Assembly: GCA_951406725.2 (NCBI GenBank)
Contig: OX597819.1
Coordinates: 29,016,001-29,080,000 of the forward strand
DNA from: Octopus vulgaris
Lineage: Eukaryota
Direction of reading: 5' to 3'
DNA length: 64,000 nt
The notes below the pieces were generated by a model, which had not been told where the DNA came from, did no database searches, and saw only the letters and a program-made list of their open reading frames with translations. The translations under genes were made by a program, and so were the position numbers. Below, piece after piece: positions 1 through 11,366 of the stretch (position 1 is the stretch's first letter; the number at the start of each line of letters is the position of its first letter).

Positions 1-400
1 CTGCTTCCATGAGTCTCTTTTTCTCAACAGCTGATTTTTCCCATTGAAATCTCATGGCAAGAATACGGGGAATGACTCGTGTCTCCTCTCCGCATCGTAC
101 TAGAGGATGAGCATCTAACATTGCACGCATTAGTGTTGTACCACTTCGAGGCATTCCACCAATAAAAATAAGAGGCATATCTTTGTTATATGGGATAGCT
201 CGATTCTTTTCATCGTAAATGTAACGTATTGGGTCGCTTGGAACCATGTAGACTTTAGGGCCTCCAACACATGAGAAAGTTTGGTAGGACAAATAGATGC
301 AAATTACAATAAATGTAGCACCGACAAATAGCCGCTTACGGATGCTACCTTTTCTTCCATGCATACTTATCATTGTTTGCAAGTATAGTCTACTCCACAT
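1..400 (-). CDS. TPST: Protein-tyrosine sulfotransferase, first coding exon (partial; continues beyond position 1)
   Basis: Manual translation from ATG at 400: [133 protein letters not shown]. It has a short basic cytosolic tail, a type II TM helix, the 5'-PSB loop [10 protein letters not shown] and the TPST signature [16 protein letters not shown]. Alternative in-frame Met codons lie at 373 and 364. Confidence 0.96.
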   Translation of the reverse strand, partial: MWSRLYLQTMISMHGRKGSIRKRLFVGATFIVICIYLSYQTFSCVGGPKVYMVPSDPIRYIYDEKNRAIPYNKDMPLIFIGGMPRSGTTLMRAMLDAHPLVRCGEETRVIPRILAMRFQWEKSAVEKKRLMEA

Positions 401-605
401 GGGAAAGTTCTGCAAAGTTTATAATATAGCTCTTGTGAAAGTTTTCCGACTTTGTTAGCATTAGTTACATATATATGTCTACATACATATATATATATAG
501 ATATACATATATGAGTAGAGTTAACTATTTGTCAGATACATGAAATCAATTTTTTGCTGAACGAATGTATTTGACGGACCCATCGAGAAGACATCATAGA
601 AGAAA

Positions 606-638
606 CTGAAACAAAACAGAAATGCAAGAAATTAGCAA
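606..638 (-). promoter_or_regulatory. Splice acceptor for the TPST exon (branch point, polypyrimidine tract, AG)
   Basis: Minus strand reads gctaat ttcttgcatttctgttttgtttcAG|tttctt, with AG at 607-606. A weaker alternative acceptor ctttgcAG lies at 411-410. Confidence 0.7.
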
Positions 639-789
639 TCATTCAAATTTAATATAAATATTATGTTGACATATTCCATCAAATTATTTACACAAGAAAA
701 AATGTTTCTATTTCTACAAGCATACATATCAAAAATAATTACATTTCAGAAAGTAAAATACATTAGATTCGAAACAGCATCATCATTGT

Positions 790-844
790 TGTGTATGTAT
801 ATATATATATATCTATATATCTAGCTACATATATATATATATAT

Positions 845-875
<31 letters not shown>

Positions 876-888
876 TATATATATACAT

Positions 889-921
<33 letters not shown>

Positions 922-930
922 CATACACAC

Positions 931-972
<42 letters not shown>

Positions 973-987
973 AATATATATATACAT

Positions 988-1022
<35 letters not shown>

Positions 1023-1271
1023 CATATACATACACACATAGACACACACACACAAATATATATATACACACACACACATATATATATACATACACACACA
1101 CATATATATATACACATACACACACACATATATATACATACACACACACATATATATACATACACACACACAAATATATATATATATACATACACACACA
1201 CACAAATATATATATATACACACACACACACAAATATATATACACACACACACACACACAAATATATATAT

Positions 1272-1302
<31 letters not shown>

Positions 1303-1362
1303 CATACACACACACAAATATATATATATATACATATACACAAATATATATATATATATATA
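790..1362. repeat. Compound (TA)n/(CA)n microsatellite with higher-order units
   Basis: About 570 bp of alternating purine-pyrimidine sequence with a recurring caaa(ta)n cata(ca)n unit. It accounts for the four long Y/I/C/V/H/T ORFs. Confidence 0.98.
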
Positions 1363-2029
1363 ATCAAATAGTTAAAAACCACTTCTAATTGTTTATCTCA
1401 CCTACAGGTAAGTTGGCTTACTATCAGGTCAGAAGTCTCTACATGACATTGTCATTTCAAATCTTCTATAGTTTACCGTAAATTTCCATTTGCTATTAGC
1501 ATACATCATAGCACACCGTTTCCTTAGCTGCTAACAAACCATGTATAGACAATGATCATACTGCTTGTAGTCATTGATGTTTCTGAACTCTTATAGAAAC
1601 AAACAAGATTATTTTTGAGTTGTTGTTTGACAAGTGACTTGATCTGAGTTCCTGTGTTGGAACTAAAACAATTACAGTGTGGATGAGTAATTTAAACACA
1701 CACACACATACATACTGTTGTATTTTCTTCTGTTTTATTTTTCAATAGTCTTATAAACTATTTACATGTCAAAAAATGTTCTACATCTATGACCTAGTCA
1801 CTGATACTAATGGAATTAGTTGATTGTATATTATAAATAACTTGTGGAATCTGTTGTAACTCTTGATGTTCTAAGTTCAAGACAAGGTTAACTTTGCTTG
1901 TCAACCTTCCAGGGTGGGTAAATAAAAGTACCAGACAAGTATTGGGGTGGTTTAATTGCTTACTCCTCCCTTCTTATTTCTGGACTTGTTGCTATGTAAG
2001 ATGTAAGATATTATAAAATTCATTCCACT

Positions 2030-2243
2030 TCAGGCACAAGGTCTGAGTTTTGGGGAAGAGGCTACTCAGTTACACTGACCCCAGAACTCAACTGGTACTT
2101 ATTTTATTGACCCCCCCCCCGAAAAAAAAAGGATGAAAGGCAAAGTAGACCTCGATAGGATTTGAACTCAGATATTTAAATCTGGAAGAAATGCTTCCAA
2201 ATAGTTTGTATGGCATGCTAATGATTCTGCCAGCTCACCACCT
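2030..2243 (-). mobile_element. Meta-domain tRNA-derived SINE (family B)
   Basis: Contains the reverse complement of gtcgactttgcctttcatcc...aataagtaccag, the same core as the TSD-flanked copy at 18841-19070. Confidence 0.8.
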
Positions 2244-2544
2244 TATCATCATCATCAACATCATCATTTAACATGTCTTCCATGCTGGTATGGGTTCGAT
2301 GGTTTGATAGGAGCTGGTAAGCTAGAAGACTGCGCCAAGCTCTACAGTCTGTTTTGGCATGGCTTTTACAGCTGGATGCCCTTCGTAATTCCAACCACTT
2401 TATAGAGTGGACTAGGTATGTTTTAACTCCTTATCAGAAACTATAAAATGCCAATAGATTTCAGTGCAGATATACGACCTGGTCACAGGCCCTATTCTAC
2501 TGGTCATACTAAATTATTTTCACCTTTTTAGCTACTTTTGAATA

Positions 2545-2757
2545 TACTCTTTTACTTGTTTCAGTCATTTGACTGTGGCCATGCTGGAGCACCGCCTTTA
2601 GTTGAGCAACTCGACCCCGGGACTTATTCTTTTGTAAGCCCAGTACTTATTCTATCGGTCTCTTTTGACGAACCGCTAAGTAACAGGGATATAAACACAC
2701 CAGCATCAGTTGTCAAGCAATGCTAGGGGGATAAACACAGACACACAAACACACACA

Positions 2758-2796
<39 letters not shown>

Positions 2797-2958
2797 GACG
2801 GGCTTCTTTCAGTTTCCGTCTACCATATCCACTCACAAGGCTTTGGTCGGCCCGAGGCTATAGTAGAAGACACTTGTCCAAGGTGCCACGCAGTGGGACT
2901 GAACCCGGAACCATGTGGTTGGTAAACAAGCTACTTACCACACAGTCACTCCTGCGCC
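2545..2958 (-). mobile_element. CORE-type tRNA-derived SINE (family A, Octopus OR-like), young copy
   Basis: Head has A-box tggctgtgtggt-like and B-box ggttcagtccc motifs, then a CORE-like ccttgggcaagt segment, an internal (TA)n/(TG)n tract and a tail cagtcaaatgactgaaacaagtaaaag. About 20 related copies occur in the window. Confidence 0.9.
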
Positions 2959-3656
2959 TATATTAATTTTTTTAATATTTTTTCTGCACAAATTCTGAAT
3001 GAAACTTATTTAGCTACATATGAAACTCCAACTCCAAAAATCAACATGTCTTGCTATAAAGTTTCTCATGTAATCTATCAACATTAATAACTTCTTTCCA
3101 GCTGGAAGTTAGCCAATTTATCACCATCAATCAAAATATCACATTCAGGTAACGATTGGCAATTTATTTGTTTTTAATGTATGTTTTTCCATGCTAACAT
3201 AATAATGCAAGCAAACGTAATCAAACTGCTTCTTTGTCTCATTAAAATCAACTTTCTATAATGGCATATCTTAGCAGAACAGATTAAAAATGAAATCATA
3301 ATTTTACTGAAATTTAAATCTCATGGAAAATATACATACCTAATGAGTAATTAATTCAAATAGGGATGCTGATACAGCTTAGATGAACAAAATTATGGTA
3401 CAGGTTGAAATTTCTAATATAATTAAAAGACTTGTTGATACAAAGAGGAAAATAAAACTCAAAACATGAGTATGTATTCTCTTTATTATTTCATTAATTC
3501 ACAAAAGTTACAGAGTGACTCAAGTTTTATGCATTTTGATAAGTTTAAAAAGTGCCAGTGCATGAAACTCTTTGCCTCCGAGTCACTCTGTAACTTCTGA
3601 TTAATAAAATAAATAAATAAACAAAAGAGTATACTTAATAGTAATTAGCTATCTAA

Positions 3657-4490
3657 CCCTTTAGCATTCAAATTATTCAGCCAAATGTACTGCTTATTTA
3701 TCCACATTGTTTTAAATTAATCATACATTATCTCATAGCTTCCAAATTTTTATATCTTTTATCTTTTACTTGTTTCAGTCATTAGACTGCAGCCATGCTG
3801 GGGCACTGCCTTGAAGAATTTTTAGTTGAATGTATTGACCCTAATACATTTTTTTTTATAAGCTTGGTACTTATTCTATTGATCTTTTTTGCTGAACCAG
3901 TAAGTTACAGGGATGTAAACACACCAGCAGTAGTTGTCAAGCAGTGGTGGTGGGGACAAACACAGACACAAAGATACACACACACACATATATACAATGG
4001 GCTTCTTTCAGTTTTCGTCTACCAAATCTTGGCCTGAGGCTATAGCGGAAGATACTTGCCCAAGGTGCCATGGAGTGAGACTGAGCCTGGAGCCATGTGG
4101 TTGGGAAGCAAGCTTCTTATTTCTTTATTGCCCACAAGGGGCTAAACATAGAGGGGACAAACAAGGACAGATAAAGGGATTAAGTTGATTACACTGACCC
4201 CAGTGCGTAACTGGTACTTAATTTATCGACCCCAAAAGGATGAAAGGCAAAGTTGACCTCGGCAGAATTTGAACTCAGGACATAAAGACAGCTGAAATAC
4301 CGCTAAGCATATCGCCCGGCATGCTAACATTTCTGCCACCTCGCCGCCTTATCTCTCAACCATGCCCGATTGTATATTTTTAGAATGACATTGTAGGGGT
4401 GGACATGAGAGGCCAGATCTGACTGGTTTGAGCATAAAACAGGTAGAATATTCGGGCCTGCTGGATATGGCTGGTTTAAATGCTAAAGGG
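3657..4490. mobile_element. piggyBac-like TTAA MITE (family 2) interrupted by a family A SINE (3751-4366), which itself carries a family B SINE (4119-4349)
   Basis: Ends are ccctttagcatt and aatgctaaaggg|ttaa. The two halves join to match the uninterrupted copies at 7050 and 46865. Confidence 0.85.
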
Positions 4491-4537
4491 TTAAAAATGT
4501 TGGATTTCCAATGAAGACTAGAAATTAGCAACTAAAT

Positions 4538-5060
4538 TACTGTAAATCCTCAAATATAATCCACATTTTTTCCCCAAAATATAAAGGTCACAATCTCTAG
4601 TGCATACTATAAATGAGGTTAAAAATGAAAATTATTTTCTAAGTAATGTCCGAGTCTCTATTTGCTGTCTGGCAATGTTTATTCAGACGCATTTTGTTAT
4701 GTCGGGCGCAAAAATACCTTAAGCTAAACCTGAAAGCAATGAAGTCATAAAAGAATCATCCATAACTTGCAGTAAGCAATATTTATTAAAATAAAAGTAT
4801 TCAGAACACAGAATGATATGTAGCAAAAACAATTTGCAAACATATTTACATTCCCATATAATAGTTAAGAACATCACCATTGTATTATGCATGTGCCGAA
4901 GTGTTTGTTTGACTAGGTGCTGCTGGCTTAATTACGCACGACTCAAGTTAGAGAAGGGGTATGTATTATACACAAGGTTTAGGTTTTTCAAAAGTACAGC
5001 CCTCTAAAAATCCCCTGCGTATTATACTCAAGGGCGGACTATACTCAACGATTTACGGTA
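4538..5060. mobile_element. Non-autonomous Tc1/mariner-superfamily (pogo/Tc2-like) MITE
   Basis: Imperfect ~25-bp TIRs tactgtaaatcctcaaatataatcc and ggactatactcaacgatttacggta, with TA at both ends and no ORF. Confidence 0.75.
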
Positions 5061-5307
5061 CATTAAAAAAATAAAAACTCAAACTGAGAACTATATCATT
5101 TCCTTATTGTATTCATATTGAAATACACTAGGTAATCCATTTAATTTTTGATTTGGTTGTATGGTGTTTTAGATCCAGTCCTACTCTACAGCATCTTAGG
5201 CAAGTATCTACTATATCGACTACAATAGCTTTGTGATTATCAGTGCCTTGTGAATGATTTTGGTGGATGGAATCTGGAGTCTGTTCAAAGCCCATTATGT
5301 ATGTATA

Positions 5308-5469
5308 GGTGCAGGTGTGGTTGCATGGTAAGAAGCTTTCTTCCTAACCACAATGTTCCAGGTTCAGTCCCACTGCATGGTACCTTGGGCAAATGTCTTC
5401 TACTATAGCCTTGGACTGATCAAGGCCTTGTGAGTTGATTTGGTAGACGGAAACTGAAGGAGCCTGTCA

Positions 5470-5500
<31 letters not shown>

Positions 5501-5730
5501 TTTTATGTGAGTTTGTCTTTGTGTTAGTGTTTACCTCCCCATCATCACTTGACAACTGATGTCAGTGTGTTTATGTCCTTCTAACTTAGTGGTTTGGCAA
5601 AAGAGACTGATGGAATAAATACCAGGCTTACAAAAAAATAAGTCTTGGGGTTGATTTCTTCTACTAAAAAAAACCTTTAAAAGCAGTGCTCCAGTCAAAT
5701 GACTGAAACAAGCAAAAGAATAAAAGAATA
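5308..5730 (+). mobile_element. Family A CORE SINE
   Basis: Full head, CORE, microsatellite and tail structure. Confidence 0.88.
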
Positions 5731-5929
5731 TGTGTGTGTCTGTCCATGAATGTTTACATCTGGCATGAAAACTTATGGGACTATAAGAAATGAAGTTAAT
5801 AATCCTTTTCTTGCCAACAAATCACCTGCTGGCACTGCATTTTCAAAGAAATGGAATAAGAGATCCTCATTTAAAAGACAAGTAGAGGCTGGTGATGAAT
5901 GTGTACTAACGAGGCATTGTAAAACTGCC

Positions 5930-6105
5930 ATCATCATCGTTTAACGTCCGTTTTCCATGCTAGCATGGGTTGGACGTTTCAACCAGGGTCTGTGAAGCCA
6001 GGAGGCTGCACCAGGCTCCAGTCTGATCTGGCAGTGTTTCTACAGCTGGATGCCCTTCCTAACGCCAACCACTCCGTGAGTGTAGTGGGTGCTTTTTACG
6101 TGCCA
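5930..6105 (-). mobile_element. RTE LINE 3'-UTR/tail fragment with (GAT)n end
   Basis: Reverse complement of ...ggttggcgttaggaagggcatccagctgtag...catggaaaacggacgttaaacgatgatg. The same tail is attached to RTE ORF remnants at 56470-57380. Other copies start near 2245, 13640, 30918, 31800, 37730, 40615, 45255, 48050, 49735, 52110, 57388 and 62330. Confidence 0.8.
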
Positions 6106-6503
6106 TAATAATACATATTCATCTAACCCATGCTAGCATGGTAAAATGGATGTAAAAATAAACATAAAAGAACAGCATGACAAAAAATGAAATGGAGGTG
6201 TTTTGCATAAAAAATATGATGTGGTGTTCAATATGAATGTCTTAAAATGTGTGATGCTGTATTTTGAAGTTGAGGCAGTCACATATGGTTTGTATTCAAA
6301 TGGCTTAATTAATGGATTGATCAAACTGAAAATAGGAGATAATATTGAAAATAAAATTCACCAGTAAGTAGTCTGGTTTTCATTCACTTATAATTCCTTA
6401 CAAGAAAAATCAGACGTTGTAGCCTATCTGGCACATGAAACGGAATAGAGAAACATTTATATCCATTCAAAGACTTCACTTTCAGAAATGTTATGTTAGT
6501 CAG

Positions 6504-6880
6504 TACTCTCTTTTACTTGTTTCAGTCATTTCACTGTGGCCATGCTGGAGCACCGCCTTTAGTCAAGCACATCGACCCCAGGACTTATTCTGTGTAAGCC
6601 TAGTACTTATTCTATCGGTCTCTTTTGCCGAACCGCTAAGTAACAGGGACATAAACCCACCAGCATCGGTTGTCAAGTGATGTTAGGGGGAACAAACACA
6701 GACATACAAACACACACACACATATATATATATACATATACACGATGGGCTTCTTTCAGTTTCCGTCTACCAAATCCACTCACAAGTCTTTGGTCTGCAT
6801 GAGGCTATAGTAGAAGACACTTGCCCAAGGTGCCACGCAGTGGGACTGAACCCGGAACCATGTGGTTGGTAAGGAAGCTA
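6504..6880 (-). mobile_element. Family A CORE SINE
   Basis: Closely matches 2545-2958; the head is slightly truncated. Confidence 0.88.
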
Positions 6881-7049
6881 CATTCATTTTTAACTTGTAA
6901 ACTTAGGCTAACTTTGTCAATATTCAAAATATGGTACTTTTTCATACAGAAAAGGATTTTGAAAATAAAATATACTAATTACTTTCTAGGCTAATTTAAA
7001 TCTTTGTTATGCGAAGAGTAATTATAATTAACACAATCACAATATTTAT

Positions 7050-7258
7050 TCCTTTAGCATTCAGATTATTCTGCTAAATGTGATGCTTATTTATTCTCAT
7101 TGTTTTGAATTAATCATGTATTATCTTATAGCTTTGAGATTTCTCTGATGTGATTGTTTATTTTTAGACCGACATTGTAGGGTATTTTCTGTCCAGTTTG
7201 AACACAGAACAGGTAAAATTTGAGCCAGCAGGACAAGGCTGGCTTAAATGTTAAAAGG
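7050..7258. mobile_element. piggyBac-like TTAA MITE (family 2), decayed
   Basis: cctttagcattcag ... aatgttaaaagg|ttaa, colinear with 46865-47083. Confidence 0.75.
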
Positions 7259-7301
7259 TTAAATATTAATTGTACAAACTGATTTTGGAATATGGTTTTA
7301 G

Positions 7302-8243
7302 CTTTTACTTGTTTCAGTCATTGGACTGTGGACATGTTAGAGCACCACATGGGCAGTTTAAATTAAGCCAAGTACTTATTCTATCAGTTACTTTTCCCCT
7401 TAACCAATGGGGACTAAAACAAAGCAAAACCAGTTGTCAAGGGGACAAACACACATACACACAACAAACTTCTTTTAGGTTCCATCGAATGAAATTCACT
7501 CATAAGTCTTTGTTTGGCCAAGAGCTATAGTAAAATCCTTGTCCAAGGTGCCACACAGTGGAACTGAACCTGGACCCATATGGTTGGGAAGCAAACTTCT
7601 TACCACACAGCCACACATTTCACTCTTTTTATTTTTGTATGTTAATTGCTCTCTATGAGTGAAGGCATGGCTGTATGGTTAAGAAGTTCACTTAACTGCA
7701 TGATTTTGTATTCAATCCCTGGGTGCTGATCCCTTAGCAGGTTTCTTCTAACATAGTCTTGATCAACCAAAACCTTGTGAAAGGAATTTACTGAACAGAA
7801 ACCGCGTGGAAGTCTACTGAAGGGATTGTTCCTGCACCTAAGTAGTAGACTTGATCTGTTACCCAATTTTGTACAACATTTGCTCTTATGTGCCTTTATT
7901 AGAGTTGGAAGTAGTTGGGTTAGGATGATTTCCTCCCATCCTTCCATCAGATATGGGGAACCTTCTTTCAGAAGGTGCCCTATATCCTGGGCTGGGGGGG
8001 GGGAACAGAAAGGTTGTTCTCATGAGAAATACGATTATTGAAAAATTTAGAAGTTACTTAGGACTTGTTGAATGTATCTTTTACTTGCAGCAGTTATTGA
8101 ACTGTGGCCATACTGGAGCACTACATTGAAGTGCTTTAGTCAAACAAACTGACCCCAGCATTTACTTTTTAAGTCTAGTACTTATTCTATCAGTCTCTGT
8201 TGCTGAACCACTAAGTTACAAGGACAAATACAGCACAAAGACA

Positions 8244-8295
<52 letters not shown>

Positions 8296-8445
8296 GCTGC
8301 AACAAAGTTTCCATCTATCAACTTCACTCACAAGGCACTGGTTAGCCTTGGGTTATAAGTGGAAGACACTTGCTGTTCAGTGGGACTGAACCCAAAACCA
8401 TGGCTTTGCTACACAAGCTTCTTAACCATACAGCCATGTCAGCAC
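7302..8445. mobile_element. Cluster of decayed family A SINEs (7302-7615 minus, 7663-7810 plus, 8076-8445 minus)
   Basis: Head, CORE and tail motifs are recognisable despite many substitutions. Confidence 0.75.
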
Positions 8446-10460
8446 CAACATAAACTAACTTCACAATAATCTAACTTACACCTAACTCTTGCAATAATAA
8501 TTATTTGAACATAAATACAGAAATTTTCAATAATTTCCAAAAGCAAGATAGAAGTTACTTAGATTTAGTTATTGATTACCAATTCCATTCACAACTTAGT
8601 TAAGTCACAGCTAACAAACTTATTGTAGTGATCACAACAATTTCAATTAATTACACACGTATGGAGAAAAACAATTATTCATTCTGGTCAAGTAAGGCAA
8701 AGGAGATAACTCTAAAATTTAAATTAACAACTGAATGTAGTGTGTATTTTGTAGTATGGGAGACGACTCTGGTCATATTTTGCTTTTATTAAACCTCCTC
8801 AGTGAAGTATAATCTTTCTATAAGATGGCTAACAAATGAATAAGGAACTGAAGTGGATAGACATTGATCAGTGCAACAACTTGAGATTTATGTCTAGTCA
8901 TAATAATACCTAATGAAATATCAACAATGGCTTGACATTGGTTTCAATATAGATTAGCAAACTTTATTTCCATCTACTTTGTGTTCAAAGCACAAAAGGT
9001 TCAAAATTCTATGAGCAACCGCTATAAGTTTATGAGTTCAGAAAAAAATAAATAAATTAAAACTTTGTTTATATATTTTTGGATGTAAAAGAAAATGTCT
9101 AAGAAACTAATAACAAAAAAAAAAGAAAAGAAAAGATGAAAGGCAAAGAACAATCCATTGTATGGCTGATTGATTTGACATAACTAACAGTGAAAGTGAA
9201 GTTGTTAAAGCAATAAAATGGAAATTGCTAAGTTAATTAATGGAAAGAAAGTCTTTTTTTTTTTTAGACACTTTTTTTTTGGTTCAATGAAATAGAAAAG
9301 ACAGCACTCTCCTTACAACCACTGTCAGAAATGGAAGCTGATACAGTAAATCTTAATGTTGACATGTACTCTTTTCTATTTAGATCTTTTATTGAATCAT
9401 TACCAAAGAATGTTAATCATTTTGAACTCTTCTGTCCTGTGAACGATGTTTCATTGAAATCTTTATTATTTAGGAAGCTGGTGCAGCACGTTGGAACTAA
9501 ATTGTTTACTCTTTAATTTGAATGATAATAATTTATGTTGTTGATTTCTTTCTCTCTTTTTCACACACACACACACACACAGATACGTTCAGTAATGATG
9601 AATACGAAATTTGCATTGGGAAATGTTGACTAATCTATTAGTTATTAAGGTGGTTGGCACACCAAAAGAGTAAAATAAATTGGAATATGCTGGATGTCTT
9701 TAGAGAAAATAAACACTGCATGTGCTGTATCTGCATTCTAACTCTAAGCAATATACATTTTTATTTTAAAATTTTATGAATAAACGGCAGTGCATCAGCA
9801 TGGCCGCAGCTCTAAGCTGAAACTAGAAAAAAAAAAAATGTCTACATCTAAAAACAGATTTTGAAATTCTGTTAAATGAAAATATAAACTTCCCTTGTGG
9901 CCTGTGTGGAACTACATATTGCAGTAGGTCATAATAATAGATACCACACAGAAACAAATATTTACTTTCTATTTCTTAAATTTCCTATCATTAACATATT
10001 GAGTAGTTAGTGGAAAATGCACGTTTTTTTTTTTTGCCTTTCTCAATGTTACCATTTCTTCAATACATGTAAGATTCTTTCCAAAAGGAAAAAAAAAATA
10101 AAAATAAATATCAGTATTGACAGCCTTGAACACTTTCCTAATCCACATATTGATTTCTTGAAGACAGCTCAGAACCATTTTCCTATGTCAGAAGGATTGA
10201 AAGGTTTTCAAAATTCTGAGACTAGCATCAGAATATTGAAGCATATATTCAACTCAGAAATTAGTGTGATACATATTCTCAATTATGTTGATTTTGACAA
10301 GGCTATCATTTCAAAGAGAAACAGTGAACAGATATTATTTGTAGTAGATAAAAAAATATTTTTACTCAAACTCCTTCAGTCTTAATAAATTAAGTTTACA
10401 CACCTTGATGTTTTTTTTTTTTTTTGCCTATGTGTGAATGTACATGTATATAAGTATATA

Positions 10461-10664
10461 TACAGAAGGGAGTGTTGAAAAGTCCATGGCTTTAAGAGTA
10501 TCACTAAAGGCCTGGTTGGAGGCACAACCTTACGAGTTCTTTGACAGAAAAACTGAAGGACTGCTGCAATAAGTGTGTGAATATGTTCAATAAAATCATA
10601 ATTAACTGATCCTCCTGTATTTTCTTTTACTCAAAGTCAGCAACTTTTCAGCACTCCCATCATA
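10461..10664 (+). mobile_element. Mariner-derived internal-deletion MITE
   Basis: TIRs tacagaagggagtgttgaaaagt and acttttcagcactcccatcata in a TA context. An internal remnant reads WLEAQPYEFF...CNKCV, resembling a mariner transposase C-terminus. Confidence 0.7.
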
Positions 10665-11366
10665 TGTGTGTGTGTGTGTGTGTGTGTGTATAAGAAAAAG
10701 AGATGATTCAGGAAAAGCAATGGTTATGTTATAAACTTCATTAGCATAACAGCTGTTTCTGCTGTAAGATGCAGTGTGACTCTTAGCTGAGTACCTGAAT
10801 AACATCCTGTAGCTTCATAACAGCCTAGAATATGAATTTATTTGGAGAAAAGCAATTCCATTTTGCAATGTACAGGGAAGGCATTACCAGTGAGAAAGCT
10901 TATTAATCTCACAATGCTTAGGCTAAACCTATGTATTTATATCGATATAGATTTTTTAATATGCACTGTTTGAATATAAAATATCTATTAAACACATAGC
11001 ATTCAAATGATGGCTTGTTTCTATCTGAAAACTATTACCGTATTTAGCTTTACTTTGAGGTTTGATTTCATTCATATTTTTATAGTTACATATTCTACAA
11101 AATATATCAGGTACATTTACTTGAAAACGCAATAAAATCATTATATTCTTCTCACTGTTGTGTTATTCCTAAGACACACACACACACATGCATGCATGCA
11201 CATACAGACACACACACACGTCACTTTGGCAAAGGACCACAAACCGTAAGAAGACAACAGTTGGGTCTAGTATCTGGTTGATGTTTATTTTATCAACTCC
11301 TGAGAGTTGAAGTACAAAGGGATCTTCAGCATATAAATTAAAAATGTAAAAATAAATAATATAGAG

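Noticed and set aside
763-1382. Four ORFs of 164-192 aa (similar sets at 30078-30603, 52340-52823 and 53486-53816)
   Set aside because: They are translations of TA/CA microsatellites that lack stop codons and are open on both strands.
3333-3414. Candidate minus-strand non-coding exon (other isolated donors at about 1400, 33370 and 52856)
   Set aside because: Splice-like words are expected by chance in AT-rich DNA and cannot be supported without transcripts.
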